Assembly: GCA_951406725.2 (NCBI GenBank)
Contig: OX597840.1
Location: forward strand, 39,556,001-39,620,000
DNA from: Octopus vulgaris
Taxonomy: Eukaryota
Direction of reading: 5' to 3'
DNA: 64,000 nt
A program made the translations under genes and the position numbers. The notes below the pieces were generated by a model. The model saw nothing but the letters and a program-made list of their open reading frames with translations. It was not told the DNA's origin and did not search any database. Below, in pieces: positions 44,232 to 59,785 of the stretch (positions are counted from its first letter, which is position 1; the number at the start of each line of letters is the position of its first letter).

Positions 44232-44597
44232 AGCAATGGCCCAGTGGTTAGTGCAGCGGACACGTGGTAGTAGGATCGCGGTTTCGACTCCCAGACTGGG
44301 TGCCCTGAGTGTTTATTGAGCATAAACACCTAAAGCTCCACGAGGCTTCGGCAGGTGGTGGTGGCGAACCCTGCTGTACTCTTTCACCACAACTTTCTTT
44401 TTTTCTGTTACTGTTGCACCTGTATTTCAAAGGGCCAGCCTTGTCACACTCTGTGTCACGCTGAATCTCTCCGAGAACTACGTCAAGGGTACGCGTGTCT
44501 CTGGATTGCTCAGGAATTTGCACCTCAATTTCACAAGAATGCTGTTCCGTTGATCGGATCAACTGGGACCCTCGTCGTCGTGACCGACGGAGTACCA
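44232..44597 (+). mobile_element. SINE-D, near full length
   Basis: A-box tggcccagtggttag, B-box ggtttcgactccc, tail ggatcaactgggaccctcgtcgtcgtgaccgacggagtacc. Confidence 0.85.
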
Positions 44598-44997
44598 CGT
44601 TATACCAAAAAAATGCAAATCACATTAAGGTTAGTTAAATACAGTCAACAGAATACGATGTAAAGATCAGATCAAAACAAACAAATAAATATTTTTTACA
44701 AAAATGGAAATGAACTGGTTACATAAAAAACGACTGACTAATAAATGAAGTATCCATTTTAATACAGTCATCAATTTTTGTTTTTACGTGTTAAACAAGA
44801 GTTAGATAATGGCAAAGGACATTTACCAATAACCATAAATGTCAAGTTCTTGTCAAAACTGGTGAGATAATCCAATTTAATCCTTGGAACCAAGCATAAT
44901 ACTTTATGATATATTGTCGGTAAACTTGTCGTATCAGTCTATCTTCGCTAATTAATGTTTGGTCTCTCTGTATATACATACATATATATACATACAT

Positions 44998-45044
<47 letters not shown>

Positions 45045-45093
45045 CATATATACATACACATATATATATATATATATATATACATATATACAT

Positions 45094-45260
<167 letters not shown>

Positions 45261-45669
45261 TATACATATATATATATGTATGTTTGTATATGTATGGGTG
45301 TGATTGCGAGATTAGATTACTGCACGTTCGGTAGGGTTGGGCGAGGCTGGTTGTGGACTGACAGTATAGAAAGATACCACTGAATGGAGATTACTTATTC
45401 GTGTTATTTAATTAAATGTGGACGTAAATTGAAACGAGTTTTTACGTCAGAAATTCAGAAATCGACTACAGAGTAGACTCGATTATATTCAAACCCAAAC
45501 TTCATTAAAGAACTTGTTAGTGAATGCAGACGTCCATACAAACGCACATATCCAATAAGTAAAATATGCATGTTCAAAATGGGAAGTATATATTCACGTA
45601 TATGAGTGTATGTAGAACGATATACATGTGTGTGTGTCGTTCTACATACACTCCTATACGTGAATATAT

Positions 45670-45900
45670 AAGGCGGCGAGCTGGCAATACCGTTAGCACG
45701 CCGGGCGAAATGCGTAGCTGTATTTCGTCTGTCGTTACGTTCTGAGTTCAAATTCCGCCGAGGTCGACTTTTCCTTTCATCCTTTCGGGGTCGATAAATT
45801 AAGTACCAGTTACGCACTGGGGTCGATGTAATCGACTTAATCCGTTTGTCTATCCTTGTTTGTCTCCTCTGTGTTTAGCCCCTTGTGGGTAATAAAGAAA
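45670..45900 (+). mobile_element. Complete young SINE-A monomer (reference copy)
   Basis: aaggcggcgagctggca (A-box), gagttcaaattcc (B-box), cctttcatcctttcggggtcgataaattaagtacc (Meta/MESC-like core, from memory), tail ending aataaagaaa. Confidence 0.92.
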
Positions 45901-45925
45901 CGGATATACATGTGTGTGTGTGTGC

Positions 45926-45969
<44 letters not shown>

Positions 45970-45975
45970 GTATAT

Positions 45976-46321
45976 TGCGGAGACCCCCTTCGGTCATGAA
46001 TGACCATGGGATTGCACCTAGAAAGTTACCCTCTGAGGCACAGGTCCGGGCAAGGTTATTTATGGAAGACCAGCAGTGACCCATGCACACCAGCCTCCCG
46101 TCACCACAGCACTGATGTTATCCAAGGGAAAGTTAAAGGGGCCGATACAGCCAGGCACCTGTGACCTGGTTACTCATTTCTACAGCTGCGTGAACTGGAG
46201 TAACGTGGAATAAAGTGTCTTGGTCCAGAGCACAACACGCAGCCCCGACCGGTCCTGGAATCGAACTCACAACCTCATGATCGTAAGCGCGACGCTCTAA
46301 CCACTGAACCATGCGCCTTCA
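45976..46321 (-). mobile_element. SINE-E, full length
   Basis: Minus head tgaaggcgcatggttcagtggttagagcg...gagttcgattcc; tail ggtcattcatgaccgaagggggtc. Confidence 0.8.
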
Positions 46322-46399
46322 CATTATACTAATGTGTTTGGCGTGGGGATATACACAGACACACACATATGCACTCACAAATACCTTGGGATAAAAAAG

Positions 46400-47245
46400 A
46401 TAGATCCTTAACACTATAGACCTTTCGGGCAATCGGATGTGGACACAATGCAACAATGGATCACTGACTGGCAACTCAGGTTGGCTGTGGACAGTGTAAC
46501 ACCATGCACTTTGGGAGGGAAAACCCAGCGTCCACATAACTTTTTCCACTATACTAATCTCAAGACATCTTTTTGTGAAAGTGACCTGGCCATTATTGTC
46601 AGCAGCGATCTGCACTAGACAAAACACATCTCTAAAATTGTCAAGAAAGCCGAGGGTGTCTTGGCATCTCTCAGCAAGACATTTATCAGCCGCTCTTTGG
46701 AATTTACATCACCAGTCTTGCTCAGGACATTCACCGCCTGGAAGCTGTTCATAGACGGGCAACCAAGCGAATACCCTCCATGAAGCATCAACCATACTCT
46801 GGACGCCTTGTCTCCCTGGGCATAGATACATTGAATCCCCGACGTCTGGCAACTGACTTGGTAAACATCAACAAAATTATTAACCATCGTGCCAACAACC
46901 ACTTTGAGCACCTTTCTGAGCTCCATGTGTCTAACACACGTGGACATGCCTTACAAAGTAAAAAAACAGAACAACTCCCAAGATATTCGAAACTATTTTT
47001 TCAGAGAGTTGCTGAAGCATAGAACAATCCACCTGCATCAGTTGTTAGCTGCCGGGACAAGGCATCTTTTAAAACATTCATGTTTCCTGAAATTAGCAAA
47101 CACTACACCTGAAATCCCCACCTTCATATGCATGCACACATGTATATCATGACTCACACACTGTTCACTTTCCTGATTTTTGAAAATAATTCTGTGTACT
47201 GTACATGCGCCTTCAATGAATTGTAGTGCACTTGAACACTATAAA
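46400..47245 (+). mobile_element. 5'-truncated CR1/L2-type LINE (RT C-terminus and 3' end)
   Basis: WITDWQL, SDLH*TKHISKIVKKA, LEAVHRRATKRIP, YSGRLVSLGIDTLNPRRLATDL, TRGH, with frameshifts. Confidence 0.85.
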
Positions 47246-47285
47246 GAATTATTTCATCATCATCATCATCATCATTATCATCACC

Positions 47286-47344
<59 letters not shown>

Positions 47345-47387
47345 CCTTATTATTATTATTATTATCATCCTTATTATTATTATTATT

Positions 47388-47418
<31 letters not shown>

Positions 47419-47419
<1 letters not shown>

Positions 47420-47580
47420 CGACGGGCTTCACTCAGTTTCCTTCTACCAAATCCACTCACAATACTTTGGTCGGGCTCAGGGTTTAGTAGAAGACACTGG
47501 CCCAAAGTGCCTCGTAATGGGTCTGAACCCGGAAGCATGTGGTTAGGAAGCAAGGTTCTTACCACACAGCCACATCTTTG
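47419..47580 (-). mobile_element. SINE-C 5' half
   Basis: acgacgggcttc...ccaaatccactcac...cttaccacacagccac. Confidence 0.8.
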
Positions 47581-47845
47581 CCTATATATAATTCAATATA
47601 GAAGGCTTTCGCCTATATATACGCTCTTAGCTTAATTTTTCCTTGGGGCTGGCCAAATTGGAGCAACCTCAAGATTAATCAGCCGAAATTGCGAGGATAA
47701 TCCGGTTCTTGACTGAAGATAAAAGGCTTCGCATCACCCGTCCTTCTGTTCTTGTATCGTCTATCTGGATGTTTTGTCCTTTTTTGCATCACCTAGTTGT
47801 CCGGATGTTTTGCATTCTTGTCCCATTTTGTATTTTATTTTATAT

Positions 47846-47945
47846 ATAAAGGGAAAGTTTACGAAAATAAACAAAAGACGAAGACAGGTGGTGTACAAAC
47901 AAACAGATGTATTAGTATAACGCTCAGGAATAGAAAAAGTCTTTA
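47846..47945 (-). mobile_element. 3' end of the Penelope-like family at 53699-53880
   Basis: gtttacgaaaataaacaaaagacgaag...cgctcaggaatagaaa shared. Confidence 0.7.
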
Positions 47946-47972
47946 AAATTCTTTTATATATATATGAGTGTG

Positions 47973-48024
<52 letters not shown>

Positions 48025-48608
48025 TGTAGAACAAACCATCTTGAAATGAAATACCTTGCCCTGTCCAGTCTGGGAACCGTAACCACGGCCATGCGATTAT
48101 GACAGTACCTTGAGATATAAGTAAGGTGACAAAAATAAATCCGGAAGATCGGGGCGACCTTACACCATAACAGTTCTTCTGTTTATCTACGCGGCAAGAA
48201 GCCGTGTTTATAAATTCACTGGAACTTCATCAAGCGAAATAGATTTTCTTGAAAATAATTTTTCTTTTTACACCATTTATGATATAATCTGGTCACAATT
48301 TGTTTTGAAATCTAATAATACACACGCGGAAACAAAGATAAAGCCGGGTTGAAGTGGTATTAAGTATAGAAATAGCCTGAAGTCTTGAAGGTTTATTTTT
48401 GAATAACACTTATGGCATAAGAACAACGGTAGATTTCGGCAACATACTTTTCTACACACTTCGCAACAACAACATCCATATATCACATCTGGTTTGTGGA
48501 ATCACGATAAGACTTCTTCAACTGATAAGTACTATTATCGAGAAACTAAAGAAAATACAGTTCCTTGTAAAAATAATGTTCTCTATTTTTCACACACTCA
48601 AACGTTTT

Positions 48609-48644
<36 letters not shown>

Positions 48645-48896
48645 CTATATATATGTGTATGTGTGCGTGTGTTTATATGTGCGTGTGTGTATGTGTGCGT
48701 GTGTATATATATGTGTGTGTATGTGTGCGTGTGTATACATGTGTGTATATATATATATATATATATATGCATATATATATATATGTATATATACATTATA
48801 TATATATATATTATATGTATATATGTACATACATTTATTATTTATAATTATATGTGTGTGTTTGTGTATATATATATGTATGTATACGTATATATG

Positions 48897-48951
<55 letters not shown>

Positions 48952-49742
48952 ATGTGTGTGTTTGTATAACTTCCAAAACTTTACATCAGTTGACACATAC
49001 ACACTGTATCTCTCTAATATCTGAATAGAAACTTGAAAATTATCAGCCATTTAGAGATAATTACGTTACCCAGCCTACCCAAAGCGTTGATAACTGTACT
49101 ATAACTCGAACTAGAATATTCAGCGATGGATATTTGTTCGGCAGTGTGTCTGATGAAAGTTTAATTATACAAATTTCAAAAGCAATATTCAAATTGTAAG
49201 ATAAGCGCCATCTCGGCAAGCAATCTTAGCAAACAGCGCAAGAAATATGAATGATGGTGTGTAGCTGAGAGGACGCGGGTTGTGTGTACGTATGTGTGGG
49301 TGTACACATGTGTGTGATTGCGTATATGTATATCAGTATCGTGAGTGTGTGTGTGTGTGTGAAATGACTGCTGAGTAAGGTGCTTCGTTGTATATATGTG
49401 TGTGTATGAGACCGAGTACGTGTATATGTGTGTCAGTGTGTGTGTGTATGGTAGTTTGGTCAGTAGGAATGTGGCTGGATATGTGTTAGTAATTATATGT
49501 GTGTTTAATTATATATATGTGTGGATGGAAGTGTGTTGGTGCGTGGTATGTGTGTGAGGATGAGACAGCTCGGTCGAAATGTGTGTGTGCGTATGCATAT
49601 AACTATATATAATTAGACACACATAGTACATATGTGTGTGTGTGTGCACATTTGTGAGTATACAGATGAATACGGAAGTTTGTATATATGAATATATGTG
49701 CATATATATATATGTGTGTGTGTGTGTGTCTGTATATATGAA

Positions 49743-49798
<56 letters not shown>

Positions 49799-49834
49799 AT
49801 ATATACACATACACACAAATACATATGTATATGC

Positions 49835-49879
<45 letters not shown>

Positions 49880-50024
49880 CATTTACATATATGTAATTAT
49901 ATGTGATTGTATTAATATATATATATACAAATATATATGTCTATATACATATATACATGTATATATACATATATATATGTATATATATATATGTATATAT
50001 ATATATATACATACATATATATAT

Positions 50025-50064
<40 letters not shown>

Positions 50065-50435
50065 GTATATATATATGTATGTATGTATGCATGTATGTAT
50101 GTATGCATATATATATTAAAAAATGAAATGAAATAAATTAAAGATAGCGAGGTCGAAATAGTTGCTTACAAACTGACAAGGCGTAAAATGAATTTATTGA
50201 TGTGAAAATATAATTTAAATGTGTGTAATCTTTTCCCTTTATTTTTTTTATCCTTATCTATTTTCTCTTTCATTCAAATTCCGAATTTTTTTTCTTCTTT
50301 TTCTTCTACTTCTTCTTATCTAATTTTCTCCCTCTTTAACAAAACTCTTCTCTTTTCTCTTTTTTTTCTTTGTCCCCGAAAGGTAACGCAGTTTTTGTTC
50401 TATCTTCATCTTTTTTTTTATCGTATTTTTCTTTG

Positions 50436-50471
<36 letters not shown>

Positions 50472-51099
50472 TTTAATTTCCTCCTCCTTTTTCTATTATA
50501 ATGCTCCTCCTGCTTCTCTTTTTCCGGCATTCACACTTGTTTTTTTTTTCCTTCGATTATTTTTATATAACTTTCGTTTGGACCACCTATACATTTCGCC
50601 ATCCATCCTCCCCTCTATATTCTCCATTCCCGCCTAATCTACCCCCTCTACAAATTCTCCTCTTCCTTCTTCTCACCATACACCCATCATCCCCCATATT
50701 CTCCTCCCGCTCTCTTTATCTCTCACACACATTCTCTCACATCCTCTTCATTCTCACAAATTATGAATTTCTTAATAATTCGAATCTGCTACAACTCACA
50801 CCAATCTTATAATCGACAGAGCCGCCTGGTTTTGTATCGCTATAAATCTTGACAAATTTACAGAACATACTAAAACATGACATACTCATAAATCAAAATT
50901 TAGAAAGAAATTATAATAATTTTGTTCAGTTCCTCATTTATATACATGCATATATATGTATACACATCTGTGTGCAGCGTGTAGTGTATGTAGCTATGTA
51001 TTGGTGCATAGTTGCATAATTTGTGTACCAATAATTTCAGCATACACTGCAGTATATACAGATACGTACACATAATTATAAACACACATACACCCACAC

Positions 51100-52060
<961 letters not shown>

Positions 52061-52495
52061 CAGATCGGACATGTTCTAATTTATATACGTGTCTACTTGA
52101 GTATTTATTATCTGGTATTCTATATCTTTATATTTATTTATTTATTGATTGATTTACTCATCCTGCTTGCTGTTTTCTCCGTGTCTCTGTCTTCCTCTGT
52201 ACACGCATACACATGCATACATACACACACACACGCACCTGCACATATACGCACATCCAAACATGCACAGAGAGCGGCACAAATACATATATACGTTAAC
52301 TATGCATATATATGTATATACATATATGTATGTATGTATATATTTAAATACGTATGTATATGAGTATGCTTGTGTGTGTGTAAATATACATGTATATATA
52401 TCATATAATAAGTATATTCTCATACATATATGGGGATCAATATATACATATGTTTATACATACATATATGTATCTTTGCGTGTATATATAAATTC

Positions 52496-52537
<42 letters not shown>

Positions 52538-52682
52538 ATTTGTGCATACATTTCTCCGTATGTGTATATGTACATATATCTATATTTATATGTGTGTATA
52601 TATGTATATATATGCGTGTATGTGTGTGGGCGGGTACATATAATTATATATGTATATATGTCTCTTCACACATGCATCCATC

Positions 52683-52726
<44 letters not shown>

Positions 52727-52767
52727 CATACATACATACAAACATACATATATTTGATGATAATTAC

Positions 52768-52821
52768 AATTCATAAGTCTTCGGAGAGCAGTGTCTGCTT
52801 CAATATCGAAACTGGTGTTTC
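52768..52821 (-). CDS. Candidate 54-nt exon (NTSFDIEADTALRRLMN, or terminal ETPVSILKQTLLSEDL*)
   Basis: Long polypyrimidine tract and tttatag acceptor; gtaatt donor; length divisible by 3; no recognised homology. Confidence 0.25.
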
Positions 52822-53288
52822 CTATAAAATACAGAACGAAATTTAAAAAAAATGAGACAAAAAAAAACAACAAAAAAAGGTCAAACAGGTAATTTCCCCT
52901 CAATGTGGACATTGTAAGATAACAGACGATTTTTACACAACTTCCTCCGTATTTTATTCGAACAGTGCAGTAATTTCAGTAACATTGTCGATCAATTTTT
53001 GAAAGCATTTTAACACAACTGGTTGCACTTCGCGAAAATTCAATGGATATGCTTCCATTAAGAGTAATTTTTCAGGTTTATTTATCGGTTAATAGCTCAA
53101 TGGACAGCAATTCCTGATAGTAGCTAGAGTTTCAATAGCTCAGTCTGCCTGGCCACATGTCGGTCTCGCTCTACTTATTAAATGTGTTATGAAATGCACT
53201 TCATCTGTTCATGCATTTCGACCGATCTTTACAAATCGATATAAATATGTGTGTGTATGTCCGTGTGTATATAGGTATATATATGTAT

Positions 53289-53332
<44 letters not shown>

Positions 53333-53355
53333 TATACATATGTGTTTGTGGATGT

Positions 53356-53408
<53 letters not shown>

Positions 53409-53427
53409 CATATATATATACATACAG

Positions 53428-53478
<51 letters not shown>

Positions 53479-53483
53479 TAACA

Positions 53484-53642
53484 CTCTTTACTCTTTTACT
53501 CTTTTACTTATTTCAGTTATTGACTGTGACCATACTGGAGCACCGCCTTTAGTCGAGCAAATCGACACCAGGACTTATTCTTTGTAGCTCTAGTACGTAT
53601 TCTATCGCTTCTTTTGCCGAACCGCTAGTTTACGGGGACGTA
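53484..53642 (-). mobile_element. SINE-C tail with (CTCTTTTA)n end
   Basis: ctcttttactcttttactcttttac...ggagcaccgcctttagtcgagcaaatcgac. Confidence 0.85.
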
Positions 53643-53643
53643 A

Positions 53644-53698
<55 letters not shown>

Positions 53699-53700
<2 letters not shown>

Positions 53701-53880
53701 CGGGAAGGTTTACGAAAATAAACAAAAGACGAAGGCAGGTGGAGTACAAACAAACAAATGTATTAGTATGGCGCTCAGGAATAGAAATAGAACAAGTCTT
53801 TTACGTTTCGAGCCTACGCTCTTCGACAGAAAGATACACAAGAAAAAAAAACAAGGAGAGAAACAAGGAGAGAAAAAAAT
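53699..53880 (-). mobile_element. Penelope-like pLTR fragment abutting (TA)n
   Basis: Contains the hammerhead at 53797-53834; homologous to 41088-41292 and 47846-47945. Confidence 0.65.
53797..53834 (-). ncRNA. Minimal type I hammerhead variant
   Basis: UCUUU-CUGUCGA-A-GAGC-guag-GCUC-GAA-ACGU-A-AAAGA: helix I, helix II and loopless palindromic helix III; core has U at the A6 position. Confidence 0.6.
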
Positions 53881-55024
53881 AAACAGAGAGATACATACAT
53901 ACTGACAGTCAGACGGACAGAGATAGCTACACGGCTACGTTATCCTCTGTGTCTATCATTGTGCGTTAAGAACTGAAGTCAGTCAATTAAACCCTGTCGT
54001 GTTCACGATCACGTTATTTTTCTTTTTTCAATGCAGAATTCACAGAGAAAAAACTTTGTGGAGTTAGGTACCTTTCTTTTTTCTGAGTTCATGTTGTCCT
54101 GGATAGATTTTCCCATGGACGTTTCTTGTTACTGTCAGTATTTAGACATATCTTAAATGGCAAAAATAATTCTAGAGAGTGTTTACTGAAAGGCATTCCA
54201 TCAGTGACAAAACTTACTCTGTGGTCTATCGAAAACTAAAATTTTGTTTGGCCTTCCCGTTTTGAACACATTTGTGAAACTACATAGATTCTCCTATATA
54301 TTTTTATGTTCCAGACACAGGGTTCTATGTATCAGGTTATTTATTCAAATCAAACCACTTTATCTAGGAATTGAAACCGCTTCATCGGTTCGACAGAGTT
54401 TGCCATGGCCGATTTTGCCATCAAATCTATTGTTGCAGTAATGTAAGGCGAGTTAATGGAAAACTTAAAACGCTTAAAGTTAAATATATTTTGTTTCCCT
54501 TTGGTTCGAACCCATCTGAATGCCATTCTACCTTTCATGCCTCTGGGGTTGATAAGATAATTACAAGTAAAGTATCATAGTTGATGCAATCGATTGCCTC
54601 TCCTTCAAACTCTATGAACAAAAGATTATAATAACAGGAATGATTATTTATTCACATTAAGGCAGTGAGCTAGTAGTGTCCTCAGTGTGTCGAACAAAAT
54701 ACTCTTCTGACTATTCACGTTGTGAATTCATATCCTGCCGATAGTAAATTTGCCCTTCATGCATTCAGAGGTCGATAAAATAAAATATCAGTCAAGTTAC
54801 ACACAGAGTCGCTGGCCCAGAACCAAAATTAAAAAGAATGATTTCTTTCGAGTTGTATCCCACATAATTCACAAACCGGTTTCTAACGTTACAATTAAGA
54901 TATAATTCTTCACTTTCGCAATATGTACAAAAAGAATCACGTTATGATCCGCCTTAATTATGAAGATTTAATCCACCGCCACAGTTATGATATGGTCCAC
55001 AACAATCCTTACGAATTAAAGAAT

Positions 55025-55260
55025 CTGGCACCAGACTTCTGTAACTGTTTTGGTAGGACTTTTTCAACTGGATGCCCTTACTAGCACCAATCACTCAGCA
55101 GAGTGGACTTCGTGTTTTTTATGTAGCACAAGCACAGGTGAGGTCAGTTTTGGCAAGATTTTCACAGCTAGATGCCATTCCAAATACCAACCACTTTACA
55201 GTGTTGACTGGCTGCTTTTAAGTGGCACCTGCACTGACAGGGTCACCAAGTAACTTGCAA
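55025..55260. repeat. Two decayed tandem copies of a ~110-bp interspersed motif
   Basis: ttttgg...ctggatgccctt...ccaatcact at 55047-55100 and ttttgg...ctagatgccatt...ccaaccact at 55148-55200. Confidence 0.55.
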
Positions 55261-55804
55261 GACAAAAAAACTTTCAAGAGTGGAAGAGGCATTGAAGGAG
55301 GTGACCCTGTGTTGGATGATGAAAGGTTATAGTGAGACAGAGAGACAGAGACATGTGCCTTGATGTAGAGGAGGTACAAGGTTACCCGGCCGGAGAGAGA
55401 TGGAGAGACAGAGAGTGAGAAACAGAGAGAGACAGACAGACAGACAGAGAGAGATCAGGAATGAAGACAGAAACAGGTGTGCTACAACAAAGAGATACAT
55501 GGTTACCCAACCGGGTAACTCATAATGAGTGGTCATACACATTAGGCAATCGGTCGACAGAATTACTAAACTGTGATAATGACATATTCCAGCATAATCA
55601 CTGCCATATGATCCCCCAGGGTCTTAGCGTTATCATCGACCAGTATCCCCACAATAGCTGCAAAAAGATCTTCAAAATCCTAATAACATTATCCACTAAT
55701 TCCATGATGACATTGCACGCTACAATGAGGTTTTCATCATCAAGAATCATAACAATGGTACCCAGAAACATCATAATAATATGATCGACCAGTCATAGTG
55801 AACG

Positions 55805-56060
55805 GATGTGGTCAAGTGGTTATGGTATTGCACTCGGAATAACAAAGGTGTGATGTTCGATACCAGGACTGGGAGGAGCGTTGAGTTCATGATGAAAACA
55901 TCTTATTTTACGTCCTCCCAGTCAACTCAACCATAAAGCTGTAAATGGGTAGCCCACGAGGGAGTGGTATCACCTTCAGTAGGTATGGTGGAGTTGCGAT
56001 CGATTATACACCATGGAAACGAGTGTAAGAGGACATCTGAATCATGGGACTCGAATCAGT
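55805..56060 (+). mobile_element. Highly decayed tRNA-head SINE (E-like)
   Basis: gtggtcaagtggtta (A-box), gttcgatacc (B-box), gctgtaaatgggta. Confidence 0.5.
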
Positions 56061-56676
56061 AACTTCTACCGGTTGAAAATAACGTTGATAGTCGTCGGGG
56101 TATGAAAAGGCAAGATTATACAACCACACAGTCATACGATCTCTCACATAGCGCTTTGATATGCGATGATCTACGTGATTTCATGTAGATTGCCACTGCG
56201 TGGTACGTTCCGCATGCGTCTCCCAATGAAATCCTCGTGGCAAAGCAGTATTATAATTTGAGGAAAGGCAGCGAGCTGGTAGAGTCGTTAGCGCGCAGAA
56301 AGAAATCCTTAGCGGTATCAATTGCATGTACATGACGTTAATCTCAAAAGATCAATAACTTGAAAAAAAAAAGATAAATATAATGAGATAATATGCTTAT
56401 TATGAAGATTGTGTTTTAACAGGGATATCATACAAGAGATACAAGACAGTGTGTTAATTCCCCTGAACGAGTGGGACTAGAAATAATATGTAATGCGGTG
56501 TAGAAGCAGTTACTAAGCGGTTTGTACAACACTTAGATAAACAGACGTAAGATGCATATTTGTATACAGGTGTGTATACACAGGTCTATGCACATACACA
56601 CACTCACACACGCATACGTAGATATGTACATATATATATATACACACACACGCATATATATATATATTATAATAAG

Positions 56677-56710
<34 letters not shown>

Positions 56711-56825
56711 GGGAAACGAAGCTATATTTTGTGTCCGTCGCTGCTCAGATTAGAAATTGGCGGATATGTGTATGCGTGTGTATGCAATAATCTCTCCCTG
56801 TGTCTCTCTTTCCTTCTCTGTACAA

Positions 56826-56864
<39 letters not shown>

Positions 56865-57500
56865 TATATATATACATACAAACATACATACATATATGCA
56901 CACGCACAGACACACGTATACACACACACATAATCAAACATAAGCAAAAAAGCATTTAGTATGTAAATAGCTTTTTCTAAAGAAATATTTTTTCGCCGTG
57001 TTTATCAATCATTCAGACATAATCATAAAACTATGGCTGAGAGCTAATATGGTACAAGCGGGATCGATTTTCTTTTGAGATTAACATCCTGTACATGCAA
57101 TATTTTATACTTGAAATCTTAGAAATCGATACGTATGTTAGAAAGCAATCGATATTTTCCTGCATTAAGACGAGACACAAGGCAGATCCAATTTTGTAGG
57201 CCAAATGTGTAGACGATTGCCATTAATCTAATGTATGACATCTCCGCCAGAAGCAAACCAAAGCTAGTTTCTCCGACATTTGTAGACAACGAGAAAACGT
57301 ATTTAAAATAGTCGAATATTTATCGCATAATCTCTCTTTCCTGATATCGCCCGGGAACTTACAATAATATTTCGGTTGATAATTATTTATTTATAGATTT
57401 ATTTGGTTGAAAATGGATCTAATCTCTGCTGTATTTATTTAAGCAATACTATAATAGAATACAAAGTTTGTAAAAAAAAAATTCCCCAAAATATAATACT

Positions 57501-57853
57501 TATTTCTTTACTGCCCACAAGCGGCTAAACACAGAGGGGACAAACGGATTAAGTTGATTATATCGACCCTAGTGCGCAACTGGTACTTATATAATCGACC
57601 TCGAAAGGAAGAAAGGCAAAGTCGACCTCGGCGGAATTTGAACTCAGAACGTAACGGCAGATGAAATGCCTATTTCTTTACTACCCACAAGGGGCTAAAC
57701 ATAGAGGGGACAAACAAGGACAGAAAAATGGATTAAGTCGATTATATCTACCCCAGTGCGTAACTGGTACTTATTTAATCGAACTCGAAAGGATGAAAAG
57801 CAAAGTCGACCTCGGATGGAATTTGAACTCAGAACGTAGTGGCAGATGAAATA
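57501..57853 (-). mobile_element. Headless young SINE-A dimer ending at the unit junction
   Basis: Starts 57501 and 57671; ends ggcagatgaaata, then unique sequence. Confidence 0.9.
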
Positions 57854-58665
57854 TGAATACACTTTACCTACTCGCATGAGATTTTAAAGAATTATATTAT
57901 ATGGTGATCTGTGTGGAAAATAATGTGTATACTGTGGCTGTTGTTAATTAATAATTCATTTTTAAAGTAGGAATGCGCGTGAGAATGCTATCGTTTAGTT
58001 ATAGACTGGTTGACCAACATTAAAGTATTAAGCTCATCTACCAGCCGAGTGAGAAGGTGGTATAAAAGCGTTTCTCCATTGAGTATGTCATACGAAAGTT
58101 ACAAAAAGAGGGATATGAAAAACTGATGTAATAGTTGTTTTCATCTCAAGGATCGCTTATTCGCTAAAAAGATGTTAGGGAAAAATGTGTAAAAGAGTAA
58201 ATAAGATCGATGACATCCGTTATTTAAATTTGTGTGAGTAATGTCAAGTTCAACAAAAGAATATTAAAATGTAATGACATAGAGTTTTATACAAATACAA
58301 TTATATTTAGAATTGTTCCGCAGTTTTGCCAATATTTTCCCCTCGTCTAATTGCAAAATGTAAAGAATTACGAAATGTTAATATTTGGAGATTCTATGAT
58401 CAGATTGGTTTGATATTTAATTTCAGGAAACCGTATATGGCGTTGATGCTGAAGCAGGATTAGATTTAGAAACAAAGAACGCATCATGCTATAATCTAGA
58501 TGAATACAAGTACATAATTAAGCAGAGAGTAGACGGAGGAAAATAGAGAGAGACAGAGACGGGTAGGATGCGTCCATAAAATGAATGACATCCTCGGAAA
58601 AGTGCTTGCCGTCTTTCATCGCCATCATCATCACCATCTTCATCAATGCTTAGCGGCATTTCGGC

Positions 58666-59590
58666 TAATTATTATTATTATATGTTTGACTTATGTTTTA
58701 CATTTTTACAAGTTGGCTCCAAGTCTCACCCAGAGACCTCAAGAGACAACAGGTTGGAAGTTCATGTTGTTGTTATGCCTAGTGTGCCGTATATTTGGTT
58801 TTATACTTTGTGTTGTACTAGTGAATGTCTAAAAAAACCATACGAACATTATGTTTGTTTTAAAGCTTGAGATTACGTAGAAAGCATTTTGCGTAGGATA
58901 TGAGCAGTTCCCATGAGCACTATCTTTTGAATTTCTGCCATTTTGGGGTTTCCTGGTATCTGAGTTAGGTAGTAATCAGCCCCTTTTGCTATCATTCCCA
59001 GGGCACCTATGACAACAGGTATTGTTTTAGTCTTCAGGCTCCACATTTTGGTGATTTCTATTTCAAGATCTTTACATTTGCTCAGTTTTTGGTAGGTCTT
59101 GACAGATACGTTTATATCGATTGGGATAGTCATATCAATGAGGAGTCATGTTCTTTGTCTGAAGTCTTTCAATATGATGTCTGGCCTATTTGCATCTATC
59201 TTTCTGTCAGTTTGAGATTACATAGAAAGTATTTTGCGTAGGATATGAGCAGTTCCCATGAGCACTATCTTTTGAATTTCTGCCATTTTGGGGTTTCCTG
59301 GTATCTGAGTTAGGTAGCAATCAACCCCTTTTGCTATCATTCCTAGGGCACCTATGACAACAGGTATTGTTTTAGTATTATCATTATTATTATTCTATGT
59401 TTGACTTTTGTTTTACGTCTGTACAAGTTGGCTCCAAGTCTCACCTAGAGACCTCAAAAGACAACAGGTTGGAAGTTCACGTTGTTGTTGTGTCTAGTGT
59501 GCCATATATTTGTTTTTTTGTTTTGTTTTATTATTATTATTATTATTACTACTATTATCATTAGTATTATTGTTTTTGTTATTATTATTT
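58666..59590 (-). mobile_element. R4/Dong-like REL-endonuclease non-LTR retrotransposon 3' fragments in (TAA)n
   Basis: 59214-58873 reads QTDRKIDANRPDIILKDFRQRT*LLIDMTIP...IPVVIGALG...HILRKMLST*; second partial ORF end 59218-59376; 3'UTR copies 58681-58872 and 59395-59515; (TTA)n at the junctions. Confidence 0.85.
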
Positions 59591-59751
59591 AGTTGGGTCT
59601 CTGTTATACTTATCGTTCTCCAAGTTTGTGTTTGTATTCTATATAATTAAGTACATGTAACCTTAAACGCGTCTATGTGATATCGTCCATTGGTGATAAG
59701 ACAGATCATTACGTCTGCCTCTAATATTATTTGGCGTAGCTATTTTAATAT

Positions 59752-59785
<34 letters not shown>

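Noticed and set aside
45670-46321. tRNA genes at SINE heads
   Set aside because: A and B boxes present but no complete cloverleaf; heads continue into dispersed repeat bodies.
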